A stretch of 64,000 nt of DNA from contig JBIJDH010000003.1 in assembly GCA_044344255.1 (NCBI GenBank), positions 192,001 to 256,000 of the forward strand, written 5' to 3'. Every line of letters begins with the position of its first letter. The first letter of the stretch is position 1. The translations under genes were made by a program, and so were the position numbers. The notes below the pieces were generated by a model. It saw only the letters and a list, made by a program, of their open reading frames with translations, was not told the DNA's origin and did not search any database. The stretch is from Myxococcota bacterium. Lineage in GTDB: Bacteria; Myxococcota_A; UBA796; UBA2385. This document shows positions 1-15,974 of the stretch, piece after piece.

Positions 1-587
1 CTGAGTACGATGGAGAGGGTCTGGTCGTTCCGGCAGGCAAGCCGGTGCGTTTGACGATGTCGTCAGTGGACGTGATCCATAGCTTCTACGTCCCGGACTT
101 CCGGATCAAGAAGGACGTCATCGCCAACCGGTACACGGTCCAGTGGTTCCAGGCCGACGAGCCGGGTGAGCATCAGGTGTACTGCACCGAGTATTGCGGC
201 ACGAAGCACTCGCGGATGCTCAGTAAGATCCGGGTGCTGGCTCCCGCCGACTACGACGCCTGGATGAAGGCGCAGGTCGGAGATGGCCAGCCGGTGTCCC
301 CCGAGAAGGCCGGTGAGAAGCTGTTCGCTTCGAACGGGTGCACGGGGTGCCACTCGGTCGACGGCTCCGCGATGGTGGGCCCGACCTTGAAGGGCAAGTA
401 CGGCGCCAAGGAGACCCTCGAGGGCGGCGCCACGGTGGACATCGATGACAACTACATTCGGGAGTCCATAATGGTGCCGGCGGCGAAGATCGTGGCGGGC
501 TTCCCCCCCGCGATGCCGGCCTTCCAGGGACGCCTGAGCGATGAGGAGATCAACAACCTCATCGCCTACATCAAGTCGCTGCAGTAG
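1..587 (+). CDS. coxB: Cytochrome c oxidase subunit II with C-terminal cytochrome c (caa3 type), 5' truncated
   Basis: CuA ligands HSF...[12 protein letters not shown]; heme c motif CTGCH and distal MP; frame is open to the window edge. Confidence 0.95.
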   Translation, partial: EYDGEGLVVPAGKPVRLTMSSVDVIHSFYVPDFRIKKDVIANRYTVQWFQADEPGEHQVYCTEYCGTKHSRMLSKIRVLAPADYDAWMKAQVGDGQPVSPEKAGEKLFASNGCTGCHSVDGSAMVGPTLKGKYGAKETLEGGATVDIDDNYIRESIMVPAAKIVAGFPPAMPAFQGRLSDEEINNLIAYIKSLQ

Positions 588-598
588 CGAGGATCACC

Positions 599-2230
<1,632 letters not shown>

Positions 2231-2238
2231 GGCTGAAC

Positions 2239-2922
2239 ATGAGCACTGCTGCTGTTGAAAACGGTCACGAGCACGCCCATCACAAGGATCAGGCCCATCA
2301 CTTCCACAGCATGGAGCAGCAGAACGCTGCGAATAAGCTGGGGATGTGGGCCTTCCTGGTGCAGGAGCTCCTGTTCTTCGGTGGGCTGTTCATGGCGTAC
2401 GTCGCCGTGCGCTACATGTACCCGGAGACCTTCCACGAGTCCTACCAGCACCTGAGCATCCCGATGGGGGCAACCAACACGGTGGTGCTGCTGCTGAGCA
2501 GCCTCACCATGGCGCTCGCGGTCCGGGAGACCCAGCTTGAGGAACGGGGGAAGGCCAAGAACTACATTTTGGTCACCATCCTTTGTGCGCTCGGCTTCAT
2601 GGTCATCAAGACCTTCGAGTACTCACACAAGATCCATGACGGCCTGCTTCCCGGCAAGCTCTACTCGCACGAGACGCTGGACCCTGTGCGGGCCGTCCAT
2701 GACGCACCGCAGCTGTTCTTCGCGGTCTACTTCATGATGACCGGTGTCCATGGCCTCCATGTCGTCATCGGGATCGGGCTCCTCGGCTGGCTCTGGATCC
2801 GCCTGAACAAGGGCCACTTCGACCGGCACAACTACTCTGCCGTTGAAAACGTGGGCCTCTACTGGCACCTCGTGGACCTCATCTGGATCTTCCTCTTCCC
2901 GCTGCTCTACTTGGTCAAGTAG
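2239..2922 (+). CDS. coxC: Cytochrome c oxidase subunit III
   Basis: LGMWAFLVQELLFF, TGVHGLHV, GLYWHLVDLIWIFLFPLLY. Confidence 0.95.
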   Translation: MSTAAVENGHEHAHHKDQAHHFHSMEQQNAANKLGMWAFLVQELLFFGGLFMAYVAVRYMYPETFHESYQHLSIPMGATNTVVLLLSSLTMALAVRETQLEERGKAKNYILVTILCALGFMVIKTFEYSHKIHDGLLPGKLYSHETLDPVRAVHDAPQLFFAVYFMMTGVHGLHVVIGIGLLGWLWIRLNKGHFDRHNYSAVENVGLYWHLVDLIWIFLFPLLYLVK

Positions 2923-2953
2923 GTCGGACCAACCTCTCTTCTGGAGACAAGCC

Positions 2954-3676
2954 GTGTCCTCACACGCTCACTCCGACACTCCGCATGCCCACGGGGATGG
3001 TCCGCACATCACCCCCCTCGGCACCTACTTCACCGTGTTCGGGTGCTTGCTGGTCCTCACGGTGTTGACGGTGCTGGTGTCCTACATGGGGCTCCCGAGC
3101 ACGCTGTCGATCGTCGTGGCCATGCTGGTGGCCAGCGCCAAGGCGACGCTGGTGATCTTGTGGTTCATGCACCTCAAGTACGACACCCCCTTCAACCGGC
3201 TGGTGTTCGCTTCCGCCCCTTGGTTCATCGCGCTGTTCTTCATCTTCACGATGTTTGACCTGTCGAGCCGCGGAGACGTGGTGGCCATCACCGGCAACTA
3301 CAATCTGCGCATGGACCAGGCGACGGGTCAGAAGAACAACACCTTCGCGACCCAGGCGGACCGGGAGGCGATGAGCGCCGCCCGTTTCTGGCAGTCTCAC
3401 ACCCTCCGACAGCCGGCCGACCTTTGGGGCTCCGTCCAGGCGGAGAAGGCGATGCTCGAGGCCGCGGCCGCCGCCGCTGCTGCGCCGGCCTCGGTGACGC
3501 CGTCGGCGGCCCCCGTCGAGGGCGGTCACGCCGCTCCTGCCGAGGGCGCGGTCGCTCCTGCCGAGGGCGCGGCCGCTCCTGCCGAGGGCGCGGCCGCTCC
3601 TGCCGAGGGCGCGGTCGCTCCTGCCGAGGGCGCGGTCGCTCCTGCCGAGGCGGGCGTTCCCGCCAAGGCACCGTGA
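2954..3676 (+). CDS. Cytochrome c oxidase subunit IV (CtaF-like) with a long Ala/Pro/Glu-rich C-terminal extension
   Basis: GTG start after GGAGA; three TM helices; KATLVILWFMHLKYD signature; operon position. Confidence 0.85.
   Translation: MSSHAHSDTPHAHGDGPHITPLGTYFTVFGCLLVLTVLTVLVSYMGLPSTLSIVVAMLVASAKATLVILWFMHLKYDTPFNRLVFASAPWFIALFFIFTMFDLSSRGDVVAITGNYNLRMDQATGQKNNTFATQADREAMSAARFWQSHTLRQPADLWGSVQAEKAMLEAAAAAAAAPASVTPSAAPVEGGHAAPAEGAVAPAEGAAAPAEGAAAPAEGAVAPAEGAVAPAEAGVPAKAP
3533..3650 (+). repeat. 21-bp coding tandem repeat, 5 full copies plus a partial copy, encoding APAEGA(V/A)
   Basis: Unit GCTCCTGCCGAGGGCGCGG(T/C)C read directly. Confidence 0.95.
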
Positions 3677-3924
3677 GCGCTGAGCGGGGGGCGGATGCGG
3701 GTTCGGCGGAGCCGCCCTCGAAGCCCCTGAAGGCCTGCTCGTGTGGATACAGTCGGGGACACTTGATGGTGTCCCCGGAGCCCAAGCACTCGGGTTGGGC
3801 CCACTTCTGGGTGATCTTCATGGGGGTCACCGCTCCGCCGTATCGGGTCGAGTTCCGTTGCCGAGTCTGTAAACAGACCTTCGACAGCACGGACGACCCG
3901 GAGGAATGTAAGAAGTACATTTAA
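3673..3924 (+). CDS. Small Cys-rich protein (about 83 aa), probably zinc-binding
   Basis: GTG overlaps the upstream TGA (GTGA); CSC...hydrophobic [11 protein letters not shown]...CRVC; fills the gap before mdh. Confidence 0.65.
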   Translation: MSAERGADAGSAEPPSKPLKACSCGYSRGHLMVSPEPKHSGWAHFWVIFMGVTAPPYRVEFRCRVCKQTFDSTDDPEECKKYI

Positions 3925-3944
3925 TCCTGGTTCAGGGAGACATC

Positions 3945-4925
3945 ATGAACGCTCCGATTCGTGTCGCCGTCACCGGCGCCGCTGGCAACATCGGCTACGC
4001 CCTCCTCTTCCGCCTCGCCTCGGGCGACTGCTTCGGGAAGGATCAGCCGGTCATCCTTCAACTCCTGGAGATCACTCCGGGCATGAAGGCCCTCGAGGGG
4101 GTCGTCATGGAGCTCCTTGACTCCGCGTTCCCGCTCCTTCACGGCGTGGAGATCAGCGATGATCCGAACGTCGCCTTCAAGGGTGTGAACCAGGCCTTCC
4201 TGGTCGGCAGCCGCCCCCGCACGAAGGACATGAATCGGGCGGACCTCATCAAGGTCAATGGGCCGATCTTCACGGGGCAGGGCAAGGCCCTCAACGACAA
4301 CGCTGCGGACGACGTCCGCGTGATCGTGGTCGGCAACCCCTGCAACACCAACGCCCTCATCGCGCAGAACGCCGCCAAGGACATCCCGGCGGAGCGCTTC
4401 ACCGCGATGACCCGCCTCGATCAGAACCGGGCGGTGTCCCAGCTGGCCGCCAAGCTCGGGCTCACCGCTGGTGCCATCCGTCGGCTGGGCATCTGGGGCA
4501 ACCACTCGGACACGATGTTCCCGGATTACCTTCACGCCGAGGCCGACGGCCGGGCCGTGAGCGACGCGATCGACGCCGAGTGGCTCCAAGGCACCTTCAT
4601 CAGCACGGTCGCCAAGCGCGGCGCCGCCATCATCGCGGCGCGGGGCGCGTCAAGCGCGGCCAGCGCTGCCGCCGCGGCCATCGACCATATGGCCGAGTGG
4701 CACAAGGGCACCGCAGCGGGGAGCTGGGCCAGCATGGCCGTGCCCTCGAAGGGTGAGTATGGCGTCCCCTCCGGGCTGATCTTCTCCTACCCGTGCACCG
4801 TCACGGGCGGGCAGTGGTCGATCGTCGAGGGCATCGAGCACGGCGAGTTTGCCAAGGCCAAGATCCAGAACACGGTCCAAGAGCTGCTGACGGAGCGCGA
4901 GGCCGTCAAGGACCTCCTGGGCTGA
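3945..4925 (+). CDS. mdh: Malate dehydrogenase
   Basis: [45 protein letters not shown]. Confidence 0.96.
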   Translation: MNAPIRVAVTGAAGNIGYALLFRLASGDCFGKDQPVILQLLEITPGMKALEGVVMELLDSAFPLLHGVEISDDPNVAFKGVNQAFLVGSRPRTKDMNRADLIKVNGPIFTGQGKALNDNAADDVRVIVVGNPCNTNALIAQNAAKDIPAERFTAMTRLDQNRAVSQLAAKLGLTAGAIRRLGIWGNHSDTMFPDYLHAEADGRAVSDAIDAEWLQGTFISTVAKRGAAIIAARGASSAASAAAAAIDHMAEWHKGTAAGSWASMAVPSKGEYGVPSGLIFSYPCTVTGGQWSIVEGIEHGEFAKAKIQNTVQELLTEREAVKDLLG

Positions 4926-5036
4926 CAATGGACGGAGGCCGCCGGGGTTTTTGAGCTCGGCGGGCTTCCCCCGGGTCTTCGCGAGTGCCACAATGGTCGA
5001 GTGGCACCGCGGAGCGCGCGGGTGCCGGGAGGGTGA

Positions 5037-6596
5037 ATGTCCCGAGCTCTGCTGTTCTGCCTGGTCGCCGCCGCCGGGTGCAGCGATCAGACCTTCGTGC
5101 CCACCAGCAAGGACGCGGGGGGTGAGGGGCCGGCGATCGAGGTGACCCCGGATCACCTTGACTTTGGCACCCTTGGGCCCGACGACTCCGCCGTCGTGCA
5201 GAGCTACACGGTCCGCAGCGTCGGGGCGACCGAGCTCCTCGTCTCCGACATGATCGTGGATGGGGACGGCGCCCTCTCGTTCACCATCCTCTCGGAGAGC
5301 ACGGTCCTCGAGCTGCCGCCCGGCGCCGAGGAGTCGATCGATGTCGCCTTCGCCCCGCTCGGCGCGAACGCCGAGGAGGCCACGATCTTCGTGTACTCCA
5401 ACGACGAAGACCGCTCGCTCGTGCCGGTCTACCTCACCGGTGAGGGGCTCATCCCTGAGCTGGAGATCCGCCCTGATCCCGTAGAGTTCGGCAACGCCTA
5501 CGCCGGCTGCCCGAAGGACCTTCCGACGGAGCTCACCAACATCGGGACGGACACTCTCGTCATCGACGGCATCTCCTACTCGGGAGACGGCGCGTTCTCC
5601 CTGGTCAACGACTGGTCTTTGCCGATCACCCTCGAGCCGGGCGCCAGCACCACGGTCACCGTGACCTTCGAGCCCGGCGACGCCGTTGACTACTTCGGTG
5701 ACCTCGCGGTCTCCTCGAACGAGCCCATGGGTGTGCGCCACGCCGAGATCACTGGCACCGGGCGGTTCGCCGGGGAGTACCTCGACTCCTACGCCGTTCC
5801 TTCCGATCCGCCTTCGGACATCTTCTTCGCCATCGATCAGAGCTGCTCGATGGACGACGACATCGCCAAGCTCTCAGGCGACTTCAGCAATTTCATCAAC
5901 GAGCTGTCGTCGTACTCGACCGACTGGCAGGTCATGGCGGTCACGGAGGATGACGGCTGCTCCAACACGGGCGTCCTCACGCCGAGCACCCCGAACTACG
6001 CCAACACCTTCTCGGCGGGGGTGAGCGGCTCGGAGGGCTGGCTGACCGAGGCCCTGCTCTCCATCGCGGCGAACGGGGTGGAGGAGACCGGCCCCAGCGA
6101 CTGCAACACAGGCTTCCTGCGAGAGGACGCGCTCCTGCACGTCATCCTCGTCTCGGATGAGCCGGAGCAGTCCGACGTGATCACCGGAGAGACCTGGAAC
6201 GTCCTCGCCGACCGCATCGCGACGGCCAAGGGCTCGCTGGCGATGACGCACATCTCTGCGGTCGCGGGTCCGGTCCCCGGCGGGTGTGCGACCGCCGACG
6301 CCGGCTCCGGCTACTACGAGGCCGTCAACTACACCGGCGGGGTCTTCCTCTCCATCTGCTCGGACTGGACCAGCCCCTCGAACCTCGCCATGCTGGCCGA
6401 GGCCTCGGTCAACCAGAACACCTTCTCGCTCACCCACACCCCGATGCCGGACAGCATCGCGGTGGACGTGAACGGGGTGGTGGCCACCAACTGGAGCTAC
6501 GACTCGACCTCGAACGCGGTGGTCTTCTCCGACCCCGCGCCCGGCGAGGGAGACGTCGTCGATATCGCCTACGCCGGCTTGGCCTCCTGCGACTGA
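5037..6596 (+). CDS. Lipoprotein with two Ig-like (choice-of-anchor D/ASH-like) domains and a vWA domain
   Basis: Lipobox AAAGC; repeated IEVTPDHLDFG / LEIRPDPVEFG modules; MIDAS-like DQSCS and VSDE. Confidence 0.7.
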   Translation: MSRALLFCLVAAAGCSDQTFVPTSKDAGGEGPAIEVTPDHLDFGTLGPDDSAVVQSYTVRSVGATELLVSDMIVDGDGALSFTILSESTVLELPPGAEESIDVAFAPLGANAEEATIFVYSNDEDRSLVPVYLTGEGLIPELEIRPDPVEFGNAYAGCPKDLPTELTNIGTDTLVIDGISYSGDGAFSLVNDWSLPITLEPGASTTVTVTFEPGDAVDYFGDLAVSSNEPMGVRHAEITGTGRFAGEYLDSYAVPSDPPSDIFFAIDQSCSMDDDIAKLSGDFSNFINELSSYSTDWQVMAVTEDDGCSNTGVLTPSTPNYANTFSAGVSGSEGWLTEALLSIAANGVEETGPSDCNTGFLREDALLHVILVSDEPEQSDVITGETWNVLADRIATAKGSLAMTHISAVAGPVPGGCATADAGSGYYEAVNYTGGVFLSICSDWTSPSNLAMLAEASVNQNTFSLTHTPMPDSIAVDVNGVVATNWSYDSTSNAVVFSDPAPGEGDVVDIAYAGLASCD

Positions 6597-6641
6597 GCAT
6601 GGCGGTGGCAGAGAGCGGGGGGGCCCCAGCAGCGCCGCCGC

Positions 6642-7645
6642 TCAGCCGCCGAGGGTCCGCCGAAACGCGTCGATGGCGAGGTCGAGGCCCTCGTCGTTGA
6701 TGTCGAGATGGGTGACACACCGCAGGGTGTCGGCGGACACCGCGCCACAGCGCAGCCCGGCGGCCTCGAGGTCGGCGAGCCTCTCCTGAGCGCCTGGGAA
6801 GGTCACGAAGACCATGTTCGTCTCGGGTTCGGGGGCGTCGAGGCCGAGCGCCCGCAGCGCGTGGGCCAGCGCCTTGGCGCGCCCGTGATCGAGGGCGAGG
6901 CGTTCGACGTGGTGCTCGAGCGCGTAGAGCCCCGCTGCGGCGAGGAGGCCGCTCTGGCGCATGCCTCCGCCGAGGGCCTTGCGGAAGCGGCGGGCCGTGT
7001 GGGTGATGAGGTCGCGAGGACCGCAGAGCAGGCTGCCCACCGGGGCGCCGAGCCCCTTGGAGAGGCAGACGCTGACGGTGTCGTAGCGCTCGGCTCGCCG
7101 GCTGACCTCGACTCCGGAGGCCACCGCGGCGTTCCAGAGGCGGGCCCCGTCCAGGTGTGCGGCGGCGCCGATCGCCCCGGCGGTCTCTGCGAGGGCGTCG
7201 AGCAAGGGGAGGGGGTGCACCACGCCGCCGCCGCGGTTGGCGGTGTCCTCCACCGTGAGGAGAGTGACGGGCGAGAAGTGAGGATCGATGGGCCGAAGAG
7301 CGGCGGACACCTGGCTGGGGTCGAGCAGGCCTCGTCGGCCCGGGAGGGGCCGGATCGAGACGCCGGAGATGATCGCCGCGGCCCCCGCCTCATAGTTGAA
7401 GGGGTGGGCGCCGGCCTCCATCAGCACCTCGTCGCCGGGCCGCGTGTGGAGGCGGATGGCGAGCTGGTTGGCCATGGTGCCCGAGGGAACGAAGAGCGCC
7501 GCCTCCTTTCCGAGCCGCTCTGCGGTCGTCGCCTCGAGGCGCTGGACGGTGGGATCGTCGCCGAGCACGTCGTCGCCGACCTCCGCCTCGAAGATCGCCC
7601 GCCGCATGCCGGCGGTGGGGCGCGTCACGGTGTCGGACCGGAGGT

Positions 7646-7658
<13 letters not shown>
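6642..7658 (-). CDS. ltaE: Low-specificity L-threonine aldolase (PLP-dependent)
   Basis: DLRSDTVT, GDDV, SGTMANQ, HLDGARLWNA, CLSKGLGAPVGS, GGGMRQ. Confidence 0.93.
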
Positions 7659-9288
<1,630 letters not shown>

Positions 9289-9292
<4 letters not shown>

Positions 9293-9804
9293 GTGCGGTT
9301 CCGTTCGTTGGGCGCGGCCTCCGAGGGCGAGGGGGACGCGGGAGGGGCCAGGGGCGGCGCAGCCGCCGCGGCCTGCGCGGTGGTGTGGCGGTGCGTGATG
9401 CGGTGGTTCCACAGCGCGGCGATCAGCCCCGCCCCGGCAGCAGCAGGGACGAGGACGTGCCAATAGGAGATCAGCATGATGCCCACATATTTCCAGGTCG
9501 TGGCGCTCCACTCGGGCGGCCAGAACGTGAAGTACATGAACAGGGCGGTCACGCCTGCGAGGCAGGCCACGACAGGGGCCAGGAAGCGGGGGAGCTTCGA
9601 CCAGGCCAGCACGGGGCCCCAGAGGATCGTGGTGGAGAGGGCGGCCAGCGCCCCCTGCCAGATCACCGTGTCGTTGAACGCGTCCCAGATGGAGGTGTTT
9701 GCGTTGGACACCAAGATGGCGAGGGTCGCCAACCAGCCCGCGAGGGCGAAGGTCGCCCCGACGCGGGCCACCCGGAGGGCGTAGAACAGCGCGGAGGGTC
9801 CCAT
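9289..9804 (-). CDS. Hypothetical integral membrane protein (about 4 TM helices)
   Basis: MGPSALFYALR... with several hydrophobic segments; ATGA overlap with the gpmI start. Confidence 0.65.
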
Positions 9805-9900
9805 GGGTCGAGCATACTCGGTTGCGGGGGCCAGCGCCGGGCTCGGGGCGCCTGGGGCCAGACCGGATAGACATTGCGCCCGCTGGCGCGGAGGTGTGCG

Positions 9901-11121
9901 ATGAGCGGCAGGGTCGTGATCATCGGCGGAGGCATCACTGGGACCCTCACCTCCGTGCGTCTGCGGCGGGCGGGTTGGCAGGTGACCCTGCTCGAAGCGA
10001 GGCACATTGGCGCGGGCTCCTCCTCGCGGACCGCCGCGGGCATCCGTCAACAGTTCTCCACCCCCGAGACCGTCCTCGGGATGCGCTACTCGGTCGATGT
10101 GTACCGCCGCTTCCCCGAGGAGGTGGGCGGCATGATCGTCCCCATCGTGGAGAACGGCTACCTCTTCCTCCTTGACTCCGCGGAGGCGCTTGAGCAGGCG
10201 AGGGTCCGTGTGGCGATGCAGCGCCGAGTCGGGCTGTCGGAGGTCGAGCTCCTCGATCGGGCGTCCGCTGTGGAGCGCTTCTCGTATGTCGACGGGGAGC
10301 GGATCGTCGGCGCGACCTGGTGTCCCTCCGACGGCTTCCTCCGCCCGGAGGTGGTCTACGGAGAGGCGGCGGCCTCGGCCCGGGCGCGGGGAGTGGAGAT
10401 CTTGCAGTCGGCCCCGGTCGAGCAGGGGCGCCACCAGGGCGATCGGCTGGTGGCGGTGAGGGCCGGAGACCGGTGGTTTGAGGCGGATCTGTTCGTCGAC
10501 GCTACCAATGCATGGAGCCAGCGCACCGCCCTGGCCCTCGGCGCCACGCGCCTTCCGATCGACCCCTTGAAGCGCTACCTCTGGTTCCTGCCCCGGGCGG
10601 GCGCCTTGTCCGGGGCGGACTTGCATCGCATGCCGATGGTGGTGACGCCCGGCGGCGCCTACTGCCACCCGGAGAACGCCGACACGCTCATGACCGGCTG
10701 GGCCCACGAGGCCCGCCCCGAGCCCGACTTCCGCGATGAAGATCAGGACCAGATCGGCGCCGAGTTTGACCACCGCAGCGGCACCGAGACCAAGGGCTAC
10801 GAGACCTGGGCCGAGCTCGCCGGCTTCGTCCCGTCGCTGGCGGACTTCGCCGGCATCCATGCCACCACGAGCGGCTTCTACGGTAGCACCCCCGATCACA
10901 ACCCCTTCCTCGGCTTTGATCCGGCCGTCCCGAACCTGATGCGGCTCGTCGGCTTCAGCGGCCACGGCGCGATGTTCGGGCCTTTCACGGCCCGGGTTGC
11001 GGACGCCCTCGCCGAGGCCGGCCATGACCTCGACTCCATCTCCGTGCTCGACGGGGTCGCCTCGCTCCGGCCGTTCCAGCTCGGACGGACATTTGTGCAC
11101 GGCGAGCACATGGTGATCTGA
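9901..11121 (+). CDS. FAD-dependent oxidoreductase (DAO / sarcosine oxidase beta-like)
   Basis: IIGGGITG, GSSSRTAAGIRQQFS, TPDHNPFLG, GFSGHGAM. Confidence 0.88.
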   Translation: MSGRVVIIGGGITGTLTSVRLRRAGWQVTLLEARHIGAGSSSRTAAGIRQQFSTPETVLGMRYSVDVYRRFPEEVGGMIVPIVENGYLFLLDSAEALEQARVRVAMQRRVGLSEVELLDRASAVERFSYVDGERIVGATWCPSDGFLRPEVVYGEAAASARARGVEILQSAPVEQGRHQGDRLVAVRAGDRWFEADLFVDATNAWSQRTALALGATRLPIDPLKRYLWFLPRAGALSGADLHRMPMVVTPGGAYCHPENADTLMTGWAHEARPEPDFRDEDQDQIGAEFDHRSGTETKGYETWAELAGFVPSLADFAGIHATTSGFYGSTPDHNPFLGFDPAVPNLMRLVGFSGHGAMFGPFTARVADALAEAGHDLDSISVLDGVASLRPFQLGRTFVHGEHMVI

Positions 11122-11150
11122 ACTCGGTGATCTGAACAGGGTGATCTGAA
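11112..11150 (+). repeat. Three direct repeats GGTGATCTGAA(C), 14-nt period
   Basis: Copies start at 11112, 11126 and 11140. Confidence 0.9.
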
Positions 11151-11227
11151 AGGGGGCCTCCGCGGGCGGGGCCGTGGGGCCCGGCGCGCGGGCGGGTGTT
11201 AGAGCGCGCAGCTTCGAGGGAGAGGTC

Positions 11228-13495
<2,268 letters not shown>

Positions 13496-13572
13496 TCCCG
13501 GCGGCGTCGCCCTCCCCGGCCTGAGGTTCGGGGAGCGGTGGTGGCTGGCCGGTCACGAGCTCGGAGGCCGAT

Positions 13573-14121
13573 TCACTCGCAGGCGGCGTTCGCGCTCTCG
13601 ACCCCGCTCACCTCGAGGGGCGGAGAGACGTTGCCGTGGTTGTCCACCACGGAGACCGCGAAGGTGTAGGCGCTCACGTTGGCGCAGGCCACGTTGTCGT
13701 CAAGCTCGCTGAAGGTGCCGGTGCAGGAGCCATCGCGGCAGACGATGGCGTAGGTCGCGAGCTCGGTGCCGCTCTGGGAGACCGTGACGCCGCTGTCGTA
13801 GAGGCTCTCGATGGTGTCGGCCCCCTGCGGGTCATCGACGGTGGCCGAGACGGCCCAGTAATAGGCGCCGTCGCTCACGTTCGGGTAGCAGCAGACCTTC
13901 GCCGAGAGCACCTCGGGGGACTCACCGTCCCCGCCGTCGGTGCCGTCCGTCCCGTCGGTGCCGTCCGTCCCGTCCGTCCCGTCCGTCCCGTCGCTGGCGC
14001 CGCCGGAGTCTGCGACATCGGCCTTGGCCTTGTCACAGGCCGCCGCGAGCAGGGTGAACGCGAGCAGGGTGAACGCGAGCAGGGAGAACCTGAGGGTGCT
14101 CAGCAGGTAGGCAGATCTCAT
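13573..14121 (-). CDS. Lipoprotein with DGT-repeat linker and Cys-containing domain (paralog B)
   Basis: Lipobox LAAAC; (DGT)n; domain is clearly similar to the adjacent gene. Confidence 0.7.
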   Translation of the reverse strand: MRSAYLLSTLRFSLLAFTLLAFTLLAAACDKAKADVADSGGASDGTDGTDGTDGTDGTDGTDGGDGESPEVLSAKVCCYPNVSDGAYYWAVSATVDDPQGADTIESLYDSGVTVSQSGTELATYAIVCRDGSCTGTFSELDDNVACANVSAYTFAVSVVDNHGNVSPPLEVSGVESANAACE

Positions 14122-14584
14122 CGTCTACTCCGGGTTGAACGCGGCCTGAGGCGTCCGTGCCCTGGTGGCCCGTCACGACGAGGGGCTCGGACCAGTGGCC
14201 GTCCACGTCGAGCACGCGGATGGTGAAAGAATACGTGGCGGCCTCTTCGCAGAGCACGCCGTCGGCGCTGGCGTCCCAGGCCCCCGAGCACCGCCCGTCG
14301 CCGCCGCAGACGAGGCTGTACACGGCGACGTCTTCGCCCTCGCGGGAGGCGACGACGCCGTCCTCGACGATGGACTCGACGGTGTCGGCCCCCTGGACGT
14401 CGAGGAAGGTGACGGCGGCGGCCCAAGAGGTCCCTTCGTAGCACCAGACGTCCGCCTCGAGCACCTCCGGCGCTGCGTTGGGGTCGACCGAGGCCGTGTC
14501 TCCCGTCTCGGTGAGGAAGGCGCCAGCGCAGCCGGAGAGAGCGGCGAGCAGGCCGATCCAGAGGGGAGGGGAAGCCGGAGTCAT
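14033..14584 (-). CDS. Lipoprotein (paralog A)
   Basis: Lipobox LSGC; PEVL...CY...QGADT.ES...VC..DG.C.G shared with the downstream gene. Confidence 0.65.
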   Translation of the reverse strand: MTPASPPLWIGLLAALSGCAGAFLTETGDTASVDPNAAPEVLEADVWCYEGTSWAAAVTFLDVQGADTVESIVEDGVVASREGEDVAVYSLVCGGDGRCSGAWDASADGVLCEEAATYSFTIRVLDVDGHWSEPLVVTGHQGTDASGRVQPGVDDEICLPAEHPQVLPARVHPARVHPARGGL

Positions 14585-14612
14585 GGGCGGGTAGCTCCGC
14601 GGAGACCATAGC

Positions 14613-15974
14613 CTACGGATGGAGCTGGGCGGAGCGCTGGTCGAAGCCGCGTACGACCTTGGTCAGGTGGGCCCGCCGCCCGCGATCGGTCACCCGCTCC
14701 CGGACCGGGTCGAAGCCGACCGGGAGGCGCTCGAAGCGGGGCTCGGGGCCGAGGGCGCCGCTGCGGGGAGCCCAGGACCACTCCGCGGAGACGCCCTGGG
14801 CGTGCCGGCGGCGGTACCGCTCGCCTCCCTCGATGAAGCAGAGCTGGTTCATGCGGTACTCGGGCCGCGTCCGCCCCGCGTTGTCGTACCAGAAGGCCTC
14901 GAGCTCAGCGGCGGCCCGCTCGGGGGCGGTGAAGAGCGCGTCGGAGCCACCTTCGAGGCCGGCGGCGTGCAGCAGGGCGCCATGCAGGAAGCGGGTGCTC
15001 ACCGGCGCGGCGTGGAGGGCGGGCGCGCCAGCGGGGTCGAGCCAGTACAGGGGCACCCGGCTGCCGGCGTCCGAGACATTGGAGAAGTGGTAGAGCCAGC
15101 CTTGTTCACCGAAGTTTTCACCGTGATCGGACAGAAAGACCACGAGGTTCTCCCCGCCTCGGTGCAGCTCCTCGACGAACTGATCGATCTTGGGCGCGAG
15201 GCGAAGCCAGGCGACGCGCTGCCTGGCCCGGAGCCGCTGGAGCATCGTGTCGGAGAAGTGTCGTTCTCCGTCGATCATCCACGTCTGGTTCACGAGGTGG
15301 AAGAGGGCGTACAGCTCGGAGAGGCCCTCCGCATAGCCCCGACCGAGGGTCTCGAGGCGCGGGCCGACGTGGTAGGGGAAGTGGGTCTCCATCAAGTTCA
15401 GGAAGAGGAAACTCTGCTTCCCAGACCGCTTTGTCGCGGCGATGCGGGCCCGGGCGCGATCGAAGATCGCCTCGGCGGTGTCCTGCAGCCAGACCTTGGA
15501 GGCGGAGACGTCGAGGGCGAGCTGTCCGGCGAGGTAGCGGGGGGAGAGGAGGCGCTCGCGGACCCTCGGGCGGGCGATCAGCGCCAGGAATTCTTCGAGG
15601 CGGGCGGCGTCGGGCCTCACCATGGTCCAGATTCGCTCGACCTCGTCAAAGCCGCGGTGCAGGCCGAAGATATCGGTGGTGGCCACGTTCGCGGTGATCT
15701 GTGCCGTCGACCAGCCCGCCTCTCGGAGGCGCTCGGCGACGGTGGGGAGGCCCGGCGGGAGCATGCGAGATTGGCTGGTGGCGCCGTGTTCGTGGGGCAG
15801 CAGACCCGTGAAGATCGAGGCCGTTGCGGGCAAGGTCCAGCACCCCGCAGAACGGGCCTCCGAGAAGGCGGCGGCGTGGGCTTGGACGTAGGGCAGGCCG
15901 GTGGCGCCGCTGGTGACCGAGTCGTAGCGGAGGCTGTCGGCCACGATGAAGATGATGTTGCGTGGGCCGACCAC
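14613..15974 (-). CDS. Sulfatase-like / alkaline phosphatase superfamily hydrolase
   Basis: IIFIVADSLRYD, WTLPATASIFTG, ETHFPY, SDHGE; lacks a canonical CxPxR motif. Confidence 0.8.
   Translation of the reverse strand: MVGPRNIIFIVADSLRYDSVTSGATGLPYVQAHAAAFSEARSAGCWTLPATASIFTGLLPHEHGATSQSRMLPPGLPTVAERLREAGWSTAQITANVATTDIFGLHRGFDEVERIWTMVRPDAARLEEFLALIARPRVRERLLSPRYLAGQLALDVSASKVWLQDTAEAIFDRARARIAATKRSGKQSFLFLNLMETHFPYHVGPRLETLGRGYAEGLSELYALFHLVNQTWMIDGERHFSDTMLQRLRARQRVAWLRLAPKIDQFVEELHRGGENLVVFLSDHGENFGEQGWLYHFSNVSDAGSRVPLYWLDPAGAPALHAAPVSTRFLHGALLHAAGLEGGSDALFTAPERAAAELEAFWYDNAGRTRPEYRMNQLCFIEGGERYRRRHAQGVSAEWSWAPRSGALGPEPRFERLPVGFDPVRERVTDRGRRAHLTKVVRGFDQRSAQLHP

Noticed and set aside
3533..3650. 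Possible CRISPR array (also 33250-33470 and 13930-13995)
   Set aside because: Spacer-less, in-frame coding repeats; no cas genes
4934..4970. Hairpin after mdh as an intrinsic terminator
   Set aside because: Imperfect stem and no following T-tract
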